In this document: piece after piece, positions 47,734 to 61,312 of the stretch
How positions within the stretch are numbered: the stretch's first letter is position 1
Layout of the letters: the number at the start of each line of letters is the position of its first letter
From: Balanoglossus misakiensis
Lineage: Eukaryota; Animalia; Hemichordata
Direction of reading: 5' to 3'
Length of the DNA stretch: 64,000 nucleotides
Assembly: GCA_040954595.2 (NCBI GenBank)
Contig: CM082593.2
Location: 9,867,200 to 9,931,199 of the forward strand
The notes under the pieces: generated by a model
What the model was told of the DNA's origin: nothing
The model's database searches: none
Seen by the model: the letters and a program-made list of their open reading frames with translations, nothing else
Made by a program: the position numbers and the translations under genes

Positions 47734-50446
47734 AATTCTGTCTGTTATTATACAAAATCTGGCATACTCATGCGTAAATGGAGACCTCCAGATGTTTTAG
47801 TAAGTGATGTTTGGGCAGTGAAACATCAAATTGTTGTTCCAAAGTCTTACCGTACAGAAATACTCCGCCTTGCCCATGAAACGCCCATGGCTGGTCACCT
47901 TGGTATAAGGAAAACATATCACAAAGTTCTTGGTCATTTTTACTGGCCCGGTATTCGGAAAGATGTTGCACAATTCTGTAAGTCTTGCCACACATGTCAA
48001 ATGGTAGGGAAGCCAAATCAAACCATTCCAAAAGCTCCTTTACAGCCAATTCCTGCATTTCATGAACCATTTAGTACTCATAGATTGTGTGGGCCCCCTA
48101 CCCAAAACCAGATCAGGAAATCAATATATGTTGACAATAATGTGTACAAGTACTCGCTTCCCTGAAGCCATACCTCTCAGAGATATAAAAGCTAGAACTA
48201 TAGTGAAAGCTTTAGTCAAGTTTTTTACACTTTTTGGTCTTCCGAAGTCTGTCCAGTCTGATCAAGGTTCAAATTTCATGTCTGGAATTTTCCAACAAGT
48301 CATGGATCAGCTAGGCATTAAGCAGTATAGGTCTTCTGCGTATCATCCTGAGAGCCAAGGTGCTCTTGAACGGTTCCATCAAACTTTGAAAAACATGATT
48401 AGGGCGTATTGTTTTGACACAGAACAGCATTGGGATGATGGGATTCATTTTCTTCTATTTGCAGTGCGAGAGTCTGTTCAAGAATCATTGGGTTTTAGCC
48501 CATTTGAACTTGTGTTTGGGCATACTGTGCGGGGACCACTTAAATTGCTTAAAGAAAAGTTCTTATCAGATGAAAGTGAGAGTTTGAACCTCTTAGAATA
48601 TGTATCCGATTTTCGTAGCAGACTTTCTAGGGCGTGTGAATTGGCTAAAGAAAACCTGAAGTCATCACAAAGGTCTATGAAAGCAAAATATGATAGAAAT
48701 ACTTCCAAACAGAAGTTTGTGCCTGGCCAAAAGGTGCTAGTTTTTCTTCCGGTTCCCGGAAAGTCACTCCAAGCCCGCTATTTCGGTCCTTACACCATTG
48801 ATAAGAAGTTGACTGATCTAAATTATGTTGTGGTAACTCCTGACAGGCGTAAACAAAAACAGTTGTGTCATGTAAATATGCTTAAACCCTACATAGAAAG
48901 AAATAGGTCCAATACTAAAGTTGCAGTTGCACAACCTGTCAATGCAGTCAATTCCAATATTTGTAATGATAGGGAAGTTGATTTGTGTGAAAACATTCTA
49001 TGTGACCGACTGAGCACAGCCAGACTCCAAAACTCTGATATTCTCCAAGATATGGACTCCAAGTTGTCACATCTCCATCCGTCACAGCAACAAGATGTGA
49101 AAGAACTGATTCAGGAATACAGACATTTGTTTGTGGATATTCCATCAAGGACAAACATCATTCATCACGATGTTGATGTGGGCGATTCCCGGCCAGTGAA
49201 ACAACATCCATATAGACTGAATCCCAACAAAGCGAAATACCTCCGTGAGGAGGTGGAATATTTGCTTGACAATGACTTCATTGAAAGAAGTAAAAGTAAC
49301 TGGAGTTCACCCTGCATCCTCGTTCCCAAACCTGATGGAAGCTACCGAATGTGTACGGATTACAGAAAGGTCAACGCCCTTACAAAGACAGACTCTTTTC
49401 CTATTCCCAGGATTGACGACTGCATTGATCGAGTGGGGAAAGCCAACTATGTAACCAAATTTGATCTGCTCAAGGGCTTCTGGCAAGTCCCTCTGACAGA
49501 TCGTGCCCGGGAAATATCCGCCTTTGTTACACCCGATGGATTGTTCCAGTACAAAGTGATGCCATTTGGAATGAAAAACTCACCAGCGACATTTCAGCGC
49601 ATGATGAATGACGTCACATCTGGACTAGATGGATGCGACGCCTATGTCGACGACGTACTGATATATTCGGACACCTGGGATGAACACATGAAAATGATGC
49701 GAACGTTCTTTGAACGATTAAGTAAAGCAAAGTTGACTGTCAATTTGACAAAAACTGCTTTTGGTTGCGCACAAGTGACATACCTAGGACACATTGTCGG
49801 TCAGGGCGAGGTAAAGCCAATTAACGCCAAAGTCAGTGCGATTTCTAATTTTCAACCGCCAAATTGTAAGAAACAGCTGATGCGCTTTCTTGGTATGGCT
49901 GGATACTATAGGAAATTCTGTCCAAATTTCTCCACCATTTCTGAGCCTTTGACTCGTTTACTCAGAAAGAATACGAAATTCGTTTGGTCAGATCAGTGTC
50001 AGCAGTCATTCGACAAGTTGAAAGTCATACTGAGAAGTGCCCCAGTTCTCTCAGCGCCAAATTTCAGTTTTCCATTCAAATTAGCGGCAGACGCAAGTGA
50101 TGTAGCCGCTGGCGCCGTTTTATTGCAAGAAGATGATCAGGGAATAGATCATCCTATTTGTTACTTTTCACGCAAGTTTAACAACTCGCAGAGAAATTAC
50201 TCTACCATTGAAAAAGAGTGTTTATCATTGATATTAGCTTTACAGCAATTTGAGGTCTATGTGACTGCTTCAAATTTCCCAATAGTTGTCTACATTGATC
50301 ACAACCCTCTCGTATTTCTGCAAAAAATAAGAGGCAGGAATCAAAGGTTGTTGAGATGGAGCTTGATGTTGCAGGAATTTAACCTTGACATCAGACATAT
50401 CAAGGGTAAAGATAATTTAATTGCAGACTGTCTTTCTCGCGTTTAG
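47734..50446 (+). pseudogene. pol: Integrase, reverse transcriptase and RNase H of the Gmr1-like element
   Basis: HHCC (AHETPMAGHLG...CHTC), DCVGP...SDQG...LERFH and GPY, then RMCTDYR, YVDD and ADASD...ADCLSR. Frameshift near 48073. Confidence 0.93.
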
Positions 50447-50521
50447 AATTCTAAGTAATTGTAAGAGAATTGTAAAAAAAAATTTTTGTAAAAACTTTTC
50501 TTTAAGGGGGGGGGGGGGGTG

Positions 50522-51099
50522 TGTGATGATGAGGTCATTTTAGTGTGACCTTTACTGGCTAGTAAGATTTCTTTTGTTTTGGGTGACCAGGTGTTGATGA
50601 ATATTCATTTGATTGACATGTATAAATACACATGCTACCATGCGGTCAGGGGGCTATTTTTTTCGCTGGACACTGTGCCGGTAACTTCAGTGCTGGGGAC
50701 TCCATGCTGCTGTTTGGGACCTTTCGCAGGCCGTTTTGTTTGACTTCAAGGACTTCAGAAGTTGTGAGTGCATGCACACCACTTGGACCTAAACCAGACT
50801 TTGCTGCTGTTTTGTTTGACTTCGAGTTGTAAGTACACACCACTCGGACTGAAACCAGACTTTCCTGTACGTCGGAAGTCTTTGACTTTACTGCATATTT
50901 GCTGCTCGTGTGCTTCACGACTGGAGTCCTAGCTGAGTATATGGAGTGCTGTGTGTGTTGCTCAGTTTGGTTCGCATTCATTGTTTTATGACCTGTTAAT
51001 CCCTTTTTGCCTGCAACTTAATTTTGTTAGTATAGCGAATAGCCATTAAATACTTTTTATAAAAGGAAAACCACTGACTTCGCCCTTTCTGTCATAACA
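50522..51099 (+). repeat. 3' LTR of the Gmr1-like element
   Basis: Near-identical to 45077-45654, preceded by the PPT. Confidence 0.96.
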
Positions 51100-53971
51100 T
51101 TTTGCAAAGTTGAAAAATTGTCATTTTTGGATGATGTTCATGAGCTATAACCCATGATTTTTTTCTTCAAAAATGTGAAGAAATTTTGAACTTTCGCAAA
51201 GTCGAAAAATTGTTATTTTTGGATGATTTTCGAGAGCTAAAACCCATGTTTTTTTTTTTCAAAAATGTGAAGAGATGTTGAACTTTCGCAAAGTAGAAAT
51301 ATTGTCATTTTGGACGATTTTCATGACTATAACCCATGATTTTTTTTAAAAAAGTGAAGAAATTTAGAAATTTCGCAAAGTCGAAAACTTGTTATTTTTG
51401 GATGATTTTCGAGAGCTAAAACCCATGTTTTTTTTTTTTAAAGTGAAGAAATGTTGGACTTTCGCAAAGTCTAAAAATAGTCATTTTTGCACGATTTTCA
51501 GGACCTATAAGCCATGATTTTCTTCAAAAAATGAAGAAATTTTGAAATTTCGCAATGTGGAAAAAATTATCTTTTTAGGATGATTTTCATGAGCTATAAC
51601 CCATGATTTTTTTCAAAAAAGTGAAGAAATTTAGAAATTTCGCAAGGTCGAAAAATTGTAATTTTTTGATGGTTTTCATGAGCTGTAACCCATTATTTTT
51701 TTCTCCAAAAAGTGAAGAAATTTAGAAATTTCGCAAAGTCGAAATTTTTTTATCTTTGGGTGATTTTTATGACCCATGATTTTTTTCAAAAAATGAAGAC
51801 ATTTTGAACTTTCAAAATGTGGAAAAATTGTCATTTTTGGATGATGTTCATGAGCTATAACCCATGATTTTTTTCAAAAAATGAAAACAATTTGAAATTT
51901 CGCAAAGTCGAAAAATCGTAATTTTTGATGGTTTTCATAAGCTGTAACCCATGATTTTTTTCACGAAAACCTAGAAATTTTGAACATTCACAAAGTCAAA
52001 CAATAGTTATTTTTTGATGGTTTTCATGAGCTGTAACCCATAATTTTTTTCAAGAAAACGAAGAAATTTTGAACTTTCGCAATGTGGAAGAAATTATCTT
52101 TTTAGGATGATTTTCATGAGCTAAAACCCATTATATTTTTCAAAAAAGCGAAGAAATTTTGAACTTTCGCAAAGTCGAAAAATTGTAATTTTTTGATGGT
52201 TTTCATGAGCTGTAACCATGATTTTTTTCAAGAAAACGAAGAAATTTTGAAATTTCGCAAAATCAAAAATTTTTTATTTTTGGATGATTTTCAAGAGCTA
52301 AAACACACAATTTTTTTTTCAAAAATGTGAAGAGATTTTGAACTTTCGCAAAGTCGAAATATTGTCATTTTGGACGATTTTCATGACCCATGATTTTTTT
52401 TCAAAAAAGTGAAGAAATTTTGAACTTTCGCAAAGTCGAAATTTTTTTATTTTTGGGTGATTTTTATGACCCATTATTTTTTCAAAAAATGAAGACATTT
52501 TGAACTTTTGCAAAGTTGAAAAATTGTCATTTTTGGATGATGTTCATGAGCTATAACCCATGATTTTTTTCAAAAAAGTGAAGAAATTTAGAAATTTCGC
52601 AAAGTCGAAATATTTTTATTTTTGGGTGATTTTTATGACCCATGATTTTTTTCAAAAAATGAAGACATTTTGAACTTTCAAAATGTGGAAAAATTGTCAT
52701 TTTTGGATGATGTTCATGAGCTATAACCCATGATTTTTTTCAAAAAATGAAAACAATTTGAAATTTCGCAAAGTCGAAAAATCGTAATTTTTGATGGTTT
52801 TCATAAGCTGTAACCCATGATTTTTTTCACGAAAACCTAGAAATTTTGAACATTCACAAAGTCAAACAATAGTTATTTTTTGATGGTTTTCATGAGCTGT
52901 AACCCATAATTTTTTTCAAGAAAACGAAGAAATTTTGAACTTTCGCAATGTGGAAAGATTGTCATTTTTGGATGATTTTCATGAGCTATAACCCATGATT
53001 TTTTCAAAAAAGTGAAGAAATTTTGAACTTTCACAATGTGGAAAAAGTGTATCTTTTGATGATTTTCATAAGCTATAACCCATGATTTTTTCAAAATGTG
53101 AAGATATTTTGAACTTTCGCAAAGTCGAAATATTGTCATTTTTGGATGATTAGCATGAGCTATAACGCATGATTTTTTTCTTCAAAAATGTGAATAAATT
53201 TTGAACTTTCGCAATACTGAAAAATTGTAATTTTGGATGATTTTCATAAGCTATAACCCATGATTTTTTTCAAAAAGCGAAGAAATTTTGAAATTTCGCA
53301 AAGTCGAAAAATTTTAATTTTTTGATGGTTTTCATGAGCTGTAAACCATAATTTTTTTCAAGAAAATTATCTTTTTAGGATGATTTTCATGAGCTATAAC
53401 CCATGATTTTTTTCAAAAAAGTGAAGAAATTTAGAAATTTCGCAAGGTCGAAAAATTGTAATTTTTTGATGGTTTTCATGAGCTGTAACCCATTATTTTT
53501 TTTTCCAAAAAGTGAAGAAATTTAGAAATTTCGCAAAGTCGAAAAATTGTTATTTTTGGTTCAAAAATGTGATGAGATGTTGTACTTTCGCAAAGTCGAA
53601 ATATTGTCATTTTGGACGATTTTCATGACTCATGATTTTTTTTCAAAAAAGTGAAGGAATTTTGAATTTTCGCAAAGTCTAAAAATAGTCATTTTTGGAC
53701 GATTTTCAGGACCTATAACCCGTTATTTTCTTCAAAAAATGAAGAAATTTTGAAATTTCGCAAAGTCGAAAAATTCTCATTTTTGGATGATGTTCATTAG
53801 CTATAACCCATGATTTTTTTCTTCAAAAATGTGAAGAAAATTTGAACTTTCGCAATGTGGACAAATTGTCATTTTTGGATAATTTTCATGAGCTATAACC
53901 CATGATTTTTTTCTTTTGAACTTTATGAAGGTAACCCATAATTTTTTTCAAGAAAACGAAGAAATTTTGAC

Positions 53972-54873
53972 CTTGAAAACTGCTGCGCGTATCACCTCAA
54001 TATTTGGTGTGTAGGTGCAGGCTGGGCTGTAGATGGGAGTTTGTCCAAACGAAGTTGCCAGGCCCAAAAATATGCAAATATGCTTGTAAAATGTGAAATT
54101 GATCAAAACTCTGTAAGTCAGCAACTACTGGTCAGATTGCTTTGAAAATTAGTATGTATGTACCTTATGTCAACCTCACACCGACCTGTAAGTGTTAAGT
54201 TGATATCATGGATGTTTTATTTTTTATGAATTTTTTAGTCTTTTTATTAAATTTATACCTTTACTTATACCTCTATTGTTAAGCTATGTCCACGTCTTAT
54301 TGTGGAATTCTGGTCTGTGCAATAGTCCTGTACAGTGACTGTCTATTGGTCAGTGAGCACAATGGGGCCAAAATAAAAGGTAAATTTTTGGGCTCACCTG
54401 TAACACCTGCTTAACACATTAATTATGTGCATACCTAATTCCGGGCTAACTAATAAGGCTAGAGGTTTCGTTCTTGTGGGACATGGACCAGTATAGGGTC
54501 AAAATTTCTTGCCCAAATTTTGCATGACCTCAGGTGACTTTTGACCTACTTTATCATATCTTGGCATCCAGAGCAGGTACAGACTTCGCGTTTGGAGGGT
54601 TGGGACTAAAATTGAAAAGCCAAAATTGGGGGTCCTCTATGACACCTGCATATCTCATTAATTATGTGCATACCTAATTACAGGCTAACCAATAGGGCTA
54701 TAGGTTTGGTTTTTGTTGAACATTGACCAGTATAGGGTCAAAATTTCTTGCCCAAATTTTGCATGACCTCAGGTGACCTTTGACCTACTTTTCCATATCT
54801 TTGCATCCAGAGCAGATATGCTTATTGCTATGTTGCTATGTCCTCAAATGGGACCACAGTGTCCTTGACGCTA
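53972..54873 (-). mobile_element. Truncated inverted copy of the 240-bp-array element (~2 units)
   Basis: Reverse complement of 56845 onward (tagcgtcaaggacactgtggtccc) and of ~60120-60638. Confidence 0.88.
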
Positions 54874-55899
54874 TTTTTTTAAAAAGTGAAGACATTTTGA
54901 ACTTTCGCAAAGTCTAAAAATAGTCATTTTTGAACAATTTTCAGGACCTATAACCTATAACCCATGATTTTTTTTCAAAAATGTGAAAGTATTTTGAACT
55001 TTCGCAAAGTCGAAATATTGTCATTTTTTGATGATTTTCAAGAGCTAAAATCCATGATTTTTTTCAAAAAAGTGAAGACATTTTGAACTTTCGCAAAGTC
55101 GAAAAATTGTAATGTTTTGATGGTTTTCATGAGCTGTAACCCATGACTTTTTTCAAAAAAGCGAAGAAATTTTGAACTTTCGCAAAATCGAAAAATTGTA
55201 ATTTTTTTGATGGTTTTCATGAGCTGTAACCCATGACTTTTTTCAAAAAATGAAGAAATTTTGAACTTCGCAAAGTCGAAAAATTGTAATGTTTTGATGG
55301 TTTTCATGAGCTGTAACCCATGATTTTTTTTCAAGAAAACGAAGAAATTTTGAACTTTCGCAAAGTCGAAAAATTGTTATTTTTGGATGATTTTCTCTTG
55401 AAAATCATCGAAAAATAACCCATGATTTTTCTTCCAAAAATGTGAAGAGACGTTGAACTTTCGCAAAGTCGAAATATTGTCATTTTTGGACGATTTTCAT
55501 TACCCATAATTTTTTTTTCAAAAAGGTGAAGAAATTTTGAACTTTCGCAAAGTCTAAAAATAGTAATTTTTGCACGATTTTCAGGACCTATAACCCATGA
55601 TTTTCTTCAAAAAAATGGAGAAATTTTGAAATTTCGCAAAGTCGTATTTTTTTTTATTTTTAGGTGAATTTTATGACCCATGATTTTTTTCAAAAAAGTG
55701 AAGAAATTTTGAACTTTCGCAAAGTCGAAAAATTGGCATTTTTGGATGATTTTCATGAGCTATAACCCATGATTTTTTTTATTTTGAAATTTCGCAAAGT
55801 AACCCATGATTTTTTTCAAAAATGAAGAAATTTTGAACTTTCGCAAAGTCGAAAAATTGTAATTTTCTGATGGTTTTCATGAGCTGTAACCCATTATTT

Positions 55900-56704
55900 T
55901 GTAGCGGTTGAATTATCAGTCTTCGCTATATTTCTGGGGACGTACGTAGATTGCATTGGTATAGACGCGATTTGATAATAGTTTGGGCATAGCAGAAACT
56001 GTTCACGTGACACTTTCCCGCGCTATCCATATTTGGTAGTTAGTTTGATACTTTTCTGCGAGTTTCTATTGGCTGACATGCCTTGTTTTCGTTGTTGAGT
56101 TTTGGGGCAGAGAGAGAGAGTAAGTGACCGTAATGGCGAAGTAGCAGTGTGTGCAGAGAGACGCGAGGAGAAAGGGTAAGAAACTCGAGCAAGGACTACG
56201 AGAGCCGTCTAGCGTGGCAAGCGCTGCTCTCAAAAGCTCGTAGTTTGCCGTTCCTAGTTCCGCGGGTGGCGATGTATCCCGTCTATTGAACTTCCTTTAG
56301 AGTACGGGCAGATCGAGACTGGAGACGAGTGAGATAGAGATTAGCAGCGTAGAACAGGGACGACGTGACCAGACTGCCGTGTTGTATTCCTTCTGAGTTG
56401 TGTTGATGAAATAAATACAGTGGGGGAAGTTGTAACCGCATTGCTGTGTGGACTGATAGTTTTGTGATAAATCCAGGCGTGTGAGGCCGCTAACCTTGCA
56501 GCGATCTCCCGGCCGCTTGAGAACTTTCTCGACCTAGGTATGGACTTATCATTGGTGGCAGCGAAAATCTATGAACCCAGCCGGACACGTCACACTCGTG
56601 ACTGTCGGCGTATGTGAATATTGGTGACAGCAGGACGGTGTACGAAATACCCGAGCATCCCGTGGCGTCCGACGGGCTGATCCGACGGCCGGGCAAACGC
56701 CACA
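55900..56704 (+). mobile_element. Solo LTR (805 bp)
   Basis: TGTAGCG...CGCCACA termini, 4-bp TSD ATTT within the satellite, internal AATAAA, no internal coding region. Confidence 0.8.
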
Positions 56705-56844
56705 ATTTTTTTCAGGAAAACGAAGAAATTTTGAACTTTCGCAATTTGAAAAAATTGTCATTTTTGGATGTTTTTCATGAGCTATAACCCATGATTTTTT
56801 TTCAAAAAAGTGAAGAAATTTAGAAATTTCGCAAAGTCGAAAAA

Positions 56845-59800
56845 TAGCGTCAAGGACACTGTGGTCCCATTTGATGACATAGCACATAGCAACATAGCAA
56901 TAAGCATATCTGCTCTGGATGCCAAGATATTGAAAAGTAGGTCAAAGGTCACCTGAGGTCATGCAAAATTTGGGCAAGAAATTTTGACCTTATACTGGTC
57001 CATGTTCAATAAAAACCAAAACTATAGCCTTATTGGTTACCTTGGAATTAGGTTTGCACATAATAAATGAGATATGCAGGTGTCACAGGTGACCCCCAAT
57101 TTTGGCTTTTCAATTTTAGTGCCAACCCTCCAAACGCTAAGTCTGTACCTGCTCTGGATGTCAAGATATGGTAAAGTAGGTGAAAGGTCACCTGAGGTCA
57201 TGCAAAATTTGGGCAAGAAATGTTGACACTATACTGGTCCATGTTCAACAAAAACCAAACCTATAGCCTTATTGGTTAGCCTGGAATTAGGTATGCACAT
57301 AATTAATGAGATATGCAGGTGTCACAGGTGACCCCCAGTTTTGGCTTTTCAATTTTAGTCCCAACCCTCCAAACGCAAAGTCTGTATCTGCTCTGGATGC
57401 CAAGATATGATAAAGTAGGTCAAAGGTCACCTGAAGTCATGCAAAATTTGGGCAAGAAATTTTGACCCTATACTGGTCCATGTTCAATAAAAACCAAAAC
57501 TATAGCCTTATTGGTTACCTTGGAATTAGGTATGCACATAATTAATGAGATATGCAGGTGTCACAGGTGACCCCCAAGTTTGGCTTTTCAATTTTAGTGC
57601 CAACCCTCCAAACGCTAAGTCTGTACCTACACTGGATGCCAAGATATGGTAAAGTAGGTCAAATATCACCTGAGGTCATGCAAAATTTTGGCAAGAAATT
57701 TTGACCCTATACTGGTCCATGTTCAACAAAAACCAAACCTATAGCCTTATTGGTTAGCCTGGAATTAGGTATGCACATAATTAATGAGATATGCAGGTGT
57801 CACAGGTGACCCCCAGTTTTGGCTTTTAAATTTTAGTCCCAACCCTCCAAACACAAAGTCTGTACCTGCTCTGGATGCCAAGATATGATAAAGTAGGTCA
57901 AACGTCACCTGAGGTCATGCAAAATTTGGGCAAGAAATGTTGACCCTATACTGGTCCATGTTCAATAAGAACCAAAACTATAGCCTTATTGGTTAGCGTG
58001 GAATTAGGTATGCACATAATTAATGAGATATGCAGGTGTCACAGGTGACCCCCAATTTTGGCTTTTCAATTTTAGTGCCAACCCTCCAAACGCTTCGTCT
58101 GTACCTGCTGTGGATGCCAGATATGGTAAAGTAGGTCAAAGGTCACCTGAGGTCATGCAAAATTTAGGCAAGAAATTTTGACCCTATACTGGTCCATGTT
58201 TAACAAAAACCAAACCTATAGCCTTATTGGTTAGCCTGGAATTAGGTATGCACATAATTAATGAGATATGCAGGTGTCACAGGTGACCCCCAATTTAGGC
58301 TTTTCAATTTTAGTCCCAACCCTTCAAACGCTAAGTCTGTACCTGCTCTGGATGCCAAGATATGGTAAAGTTGGTCAAAGGTCACCTGAGGTCATGCAAA
58401 ATTTGGGCAAGAAATTTTGACCCTATACTGGTCCATGTTCAACAAAAACCAAACCTATAGCCTTATTGGTTAGCCTGGAATTAGGTATGCACATAATTAA
58501 TGAGATATGCAGGTGTCACAGGTGACCCCCAATTTTGGCTTTTCAATTTTAGTCCCAACCCTCCAAACGCCAAGTCTGTACCTGCTCTGGATGCCAAGAT
58601 ATGGTAAAGTTGGTCAAAGGTCACCTGAGGTCATGCAAAATTTGGGCAAGAAATGTTGACCCTATACTTGTCCATGTTCAACAGAAACCAAACCTATAGC
58701 CTTATTGGATAGCCTGGAATTAGGTATGCACATAATTAATGAGATATGCAGGTGTCACAGGTGACCCCCAATTTTGGCTTTTCAATTTTAGTCCCAACCC
58801 TCCAAACGCCAAGTCTATACCTGCTCTGGATGCCAAGATATGGAAAAGTAGGTCAAAGGTCACCTGAGGTCATGCAAAATTTGGGCAAGAAATTTTGACC
58901 CTATACTGGTCCATGTTCAACAAAAACCAAACCTATAGCCCTATTGGTTAGCCTGGAATTATGTATGCACATAATTAATGAGATATGCAGATGTCACAGG
59001 TGACCCATATTTTGGCTTTTCAATTTTAGTCCCAACCCTCCAAACGCCAAGACTGTACCTGCTCTGGATGCCGAGATATAGGAAAGTAGGTCAAAGGTCA
59101 CCTGAGGTCGCCCAAAATTTTGGCAAGAAATTTTGACCCTATACTGGTCCATGTTCAACAAAAACCAAACCTATAGCCTTATTGGTTAGCCTGGAATTAG
59201 GTATGCACATAATTAATGAGATATGCAGGTGTCACAGGTGACCCCCAGTTTTGGCTTTTAAATTTTAGTCCCAACCCTCCAAACACAACGTCTGTACCTG
59301 CTCTGGATGCCAAGATATGGTAAAGTAGGTCAAAGGTCTCCTGAGGTCATGCAAAATTTGGGCAAGAAATTTTGACCCTATACTGGTCCATGTTCAATAA
59401 AAACCAAAACTATAGCCTTATTGGTTACCTTGGAATTAGGTATGCACATAATTGATGAGATATGCATAATTAATGAGATATGCAGGTGTCACAGGTGACC
59501 CCCAAGTTTGGCTTTTCAATTTTAGTGCCAACCCTGCAAACGCTAAGTCTGTACCTGCTCTGGATGCCAAGATATGGTAAAGTAGGTCAAATATCACCTG
59601 AGGTCATGCAAAATTTTGGCAAGAAATTTTGACCCTATACTGGTCCATGTTCAACAAAAATCAAACCTATAGCCTTATTGGTTAGCCTGGAATTAGGTAT
59701 GCACATAATTAATGAGATATGCAGGTGTCACAGGTGACCCCCAGTTTTGGCTTTTAAATTTTAGTCCCAACCCTCCAAACACAAAGTCTGTACCTGCTCT

Positions 59801-60740
59801 GGATGCCAAGATATGGTAAAGTTGGTCAAAGGTCACCTGAGGTCATGCAAAATTTGGGCAAGAAATTTTGACCCTATACTGGTCCATGTTCAACAAAAAC
59901 CAAACCTATAGCCCTATTGGTTAGCCTGGAATTATGTATGCACATTATTAATGAGATATGCAGATGTCTCAGGTGACCCATATTTTGGCTTTTCAATTTT
60001 AGTCCCAACCCTCCAAACGCCAAGTCTGTACCTGCTCTGGATGCCGAGATATAGGAAAGTAGGTCAAAGGTCACCTGAGGTCAGCCAAAATTTTGGCAAG
60101 AAATTTTGACCCTATACTGGTCCATGTCCCACAAGAACGAAACCTCTAGCCCTATTAGTTAGCCCGGATTTAGGTATGCACATAATTAATGTTTTAAGCA
60201 GGTGTTACAGGTGAGCCCAAAAATTTGCCTTTTCTTTTGGCCCCATTGTGCTCACTGACCAATAGACAGTGACTGTACAGGACTATTGCACAGACCAGAA
60301 TTCCACAATAAGATGTGGACATAGCTTAACCATAGAGGTATAAGTAAAGTTATAAATTTAATAAAAAGACTAAAAAATTCATAAAAAAATAAAACATCCA
60401 TGATAATCAACTGAACACTTACAGGTCGGTGTGAGGTTGACATAAGGTACATGCATACTAATTTTCAAAGCAATCTGACCAGTAATTGTTGACTTACAGA
60501 GTTTTGATCAATTTCACATTTTACAAGCTAATTTGCATATTTTTGGGCCTGGCAACTTCGTTTGGACAAACTCCCATCTACAGTCCTGCCTGCACCTACA
60601 CATCAAATATTGAGGTGATACGCGCAGCGGTTTTCAAGTTTTTGATGTGGACGGACATACAGACATACATCCATACATACATACATCCATCCATCCATCC
60701 ATACATACATCCAAACGCAACCCATCCCATAAGGTCCCAT
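56845..60740 (+). mobile_element. Non-autonomous element with an internal 240-bp tandem array and microsatellite (HINE/Helentron-associated-like)
   Basis: Short 5' leader, ~14 units of ~239 bp (~56910-60220), a unique 3' region, and an (ACAT/CCAT)n microsatellite at ~60655-60712. Inserted next to an A/T run. Confidence 0.75.
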
Positions 60741-61312
60741 GGTATATAGGCCTTTATTACACCTTACGTATTATACCATATTCGTGATTGGCTGAGACGC
60801 GCTCACGTGATATAGAAAAAAAAGTGATATAACATGGCTAGAGTTGATAAAGCCCAGTCGCGTGCGCTGATATTGCCCGCTGGGTTGTTTTGTGTTCTGC
60901 GCGCGACTTCTGCACGTTCCAAACTGTCGTTCAATGGCTTCCTCCACGATCAGTCAACTCCCGCATCTATGGCTTCAAAGCGACACATAGGCTTAACACC
61001 TGTTCAACTGGACGATATTTTACCACAAACGGACAGTAAATACAACAAAATCGCAACCAACAGTGCAGTATTTTCAAAATAATCTAAGTTCGAAGTAGGT
61101 ATCGTATAATTCTTGGGAGATCGAGACATTTTACATTCTCAGCAACGTACGACATATGGACGCGCGTCTACGTTCTTCTATGCCTGCCTTGTATGTACGT
61201 TCAAATGTTCGGCGTAATAAAATTAATAACACATGATAGCGAGGGCAATATCACGATTTGAAGCCTACTCTCGGGCTGGTGATCTCTGACCACAATATTG
61301 ATGATACCCTCG
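60741..61312 (+). mobile_element. Crypton-like non-autonomous relic
   Basis: MASKRHIGLTPVQLDDILPQTDSKYNKIATNSAV...FFYA (from 60969) resembles the N-terminus of DUF3504/KCTD1-type Crypton proteins. GCGAGGG/CCCTCGC inverted motifs near the right end. Confidence 0.45.

Larger units (their letters stand above)
45077..51099 (+). mobile_element. Gmr1-like Ty3/Gypsy LTR retrotransposon (PR-INT-RT-RH order)
   Basis: 578-bp LTRs at 45077-45654 and 50522-51099 (one difference noticed by eye). 4-bp TSD TTTT. tRNA-Pro PBS TGGGGGCTCGTCCGGGA at 45660-45676. G-rich PPT at ~50504-50519. Confidence 0.96.
42710..56844. repeat. ~80-bp AT-rich satellite array (interrupted at 45077-51099, 53972-54873 and 55900-56704)
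   Basis: The unit ~GAAGAAATTTTGAACTTTCGCAAAGTCGAAAAATTGTCATTTTTGGATGATTTTCATGAGCTATAACCCATGATTTTTTTCAAAAAAT is repeated dozens of times. Confidence 0.97.

Noticed and set aside
45187-50981. Duplicated 66-aa and 111-aa ORFs at 45187-45536 and 50632-50981
   Set aside because: They lie within the two LTRs; the duplication reflects LTR identity and no protein motif is present.
42710-60220. 80-bp and 240-bp arrays as CRISPR arrays, and the short ORFs called within them
   Set aside because: These are head-to-tail tandem units without unique spacers; the ORFs are translations of the repeats.
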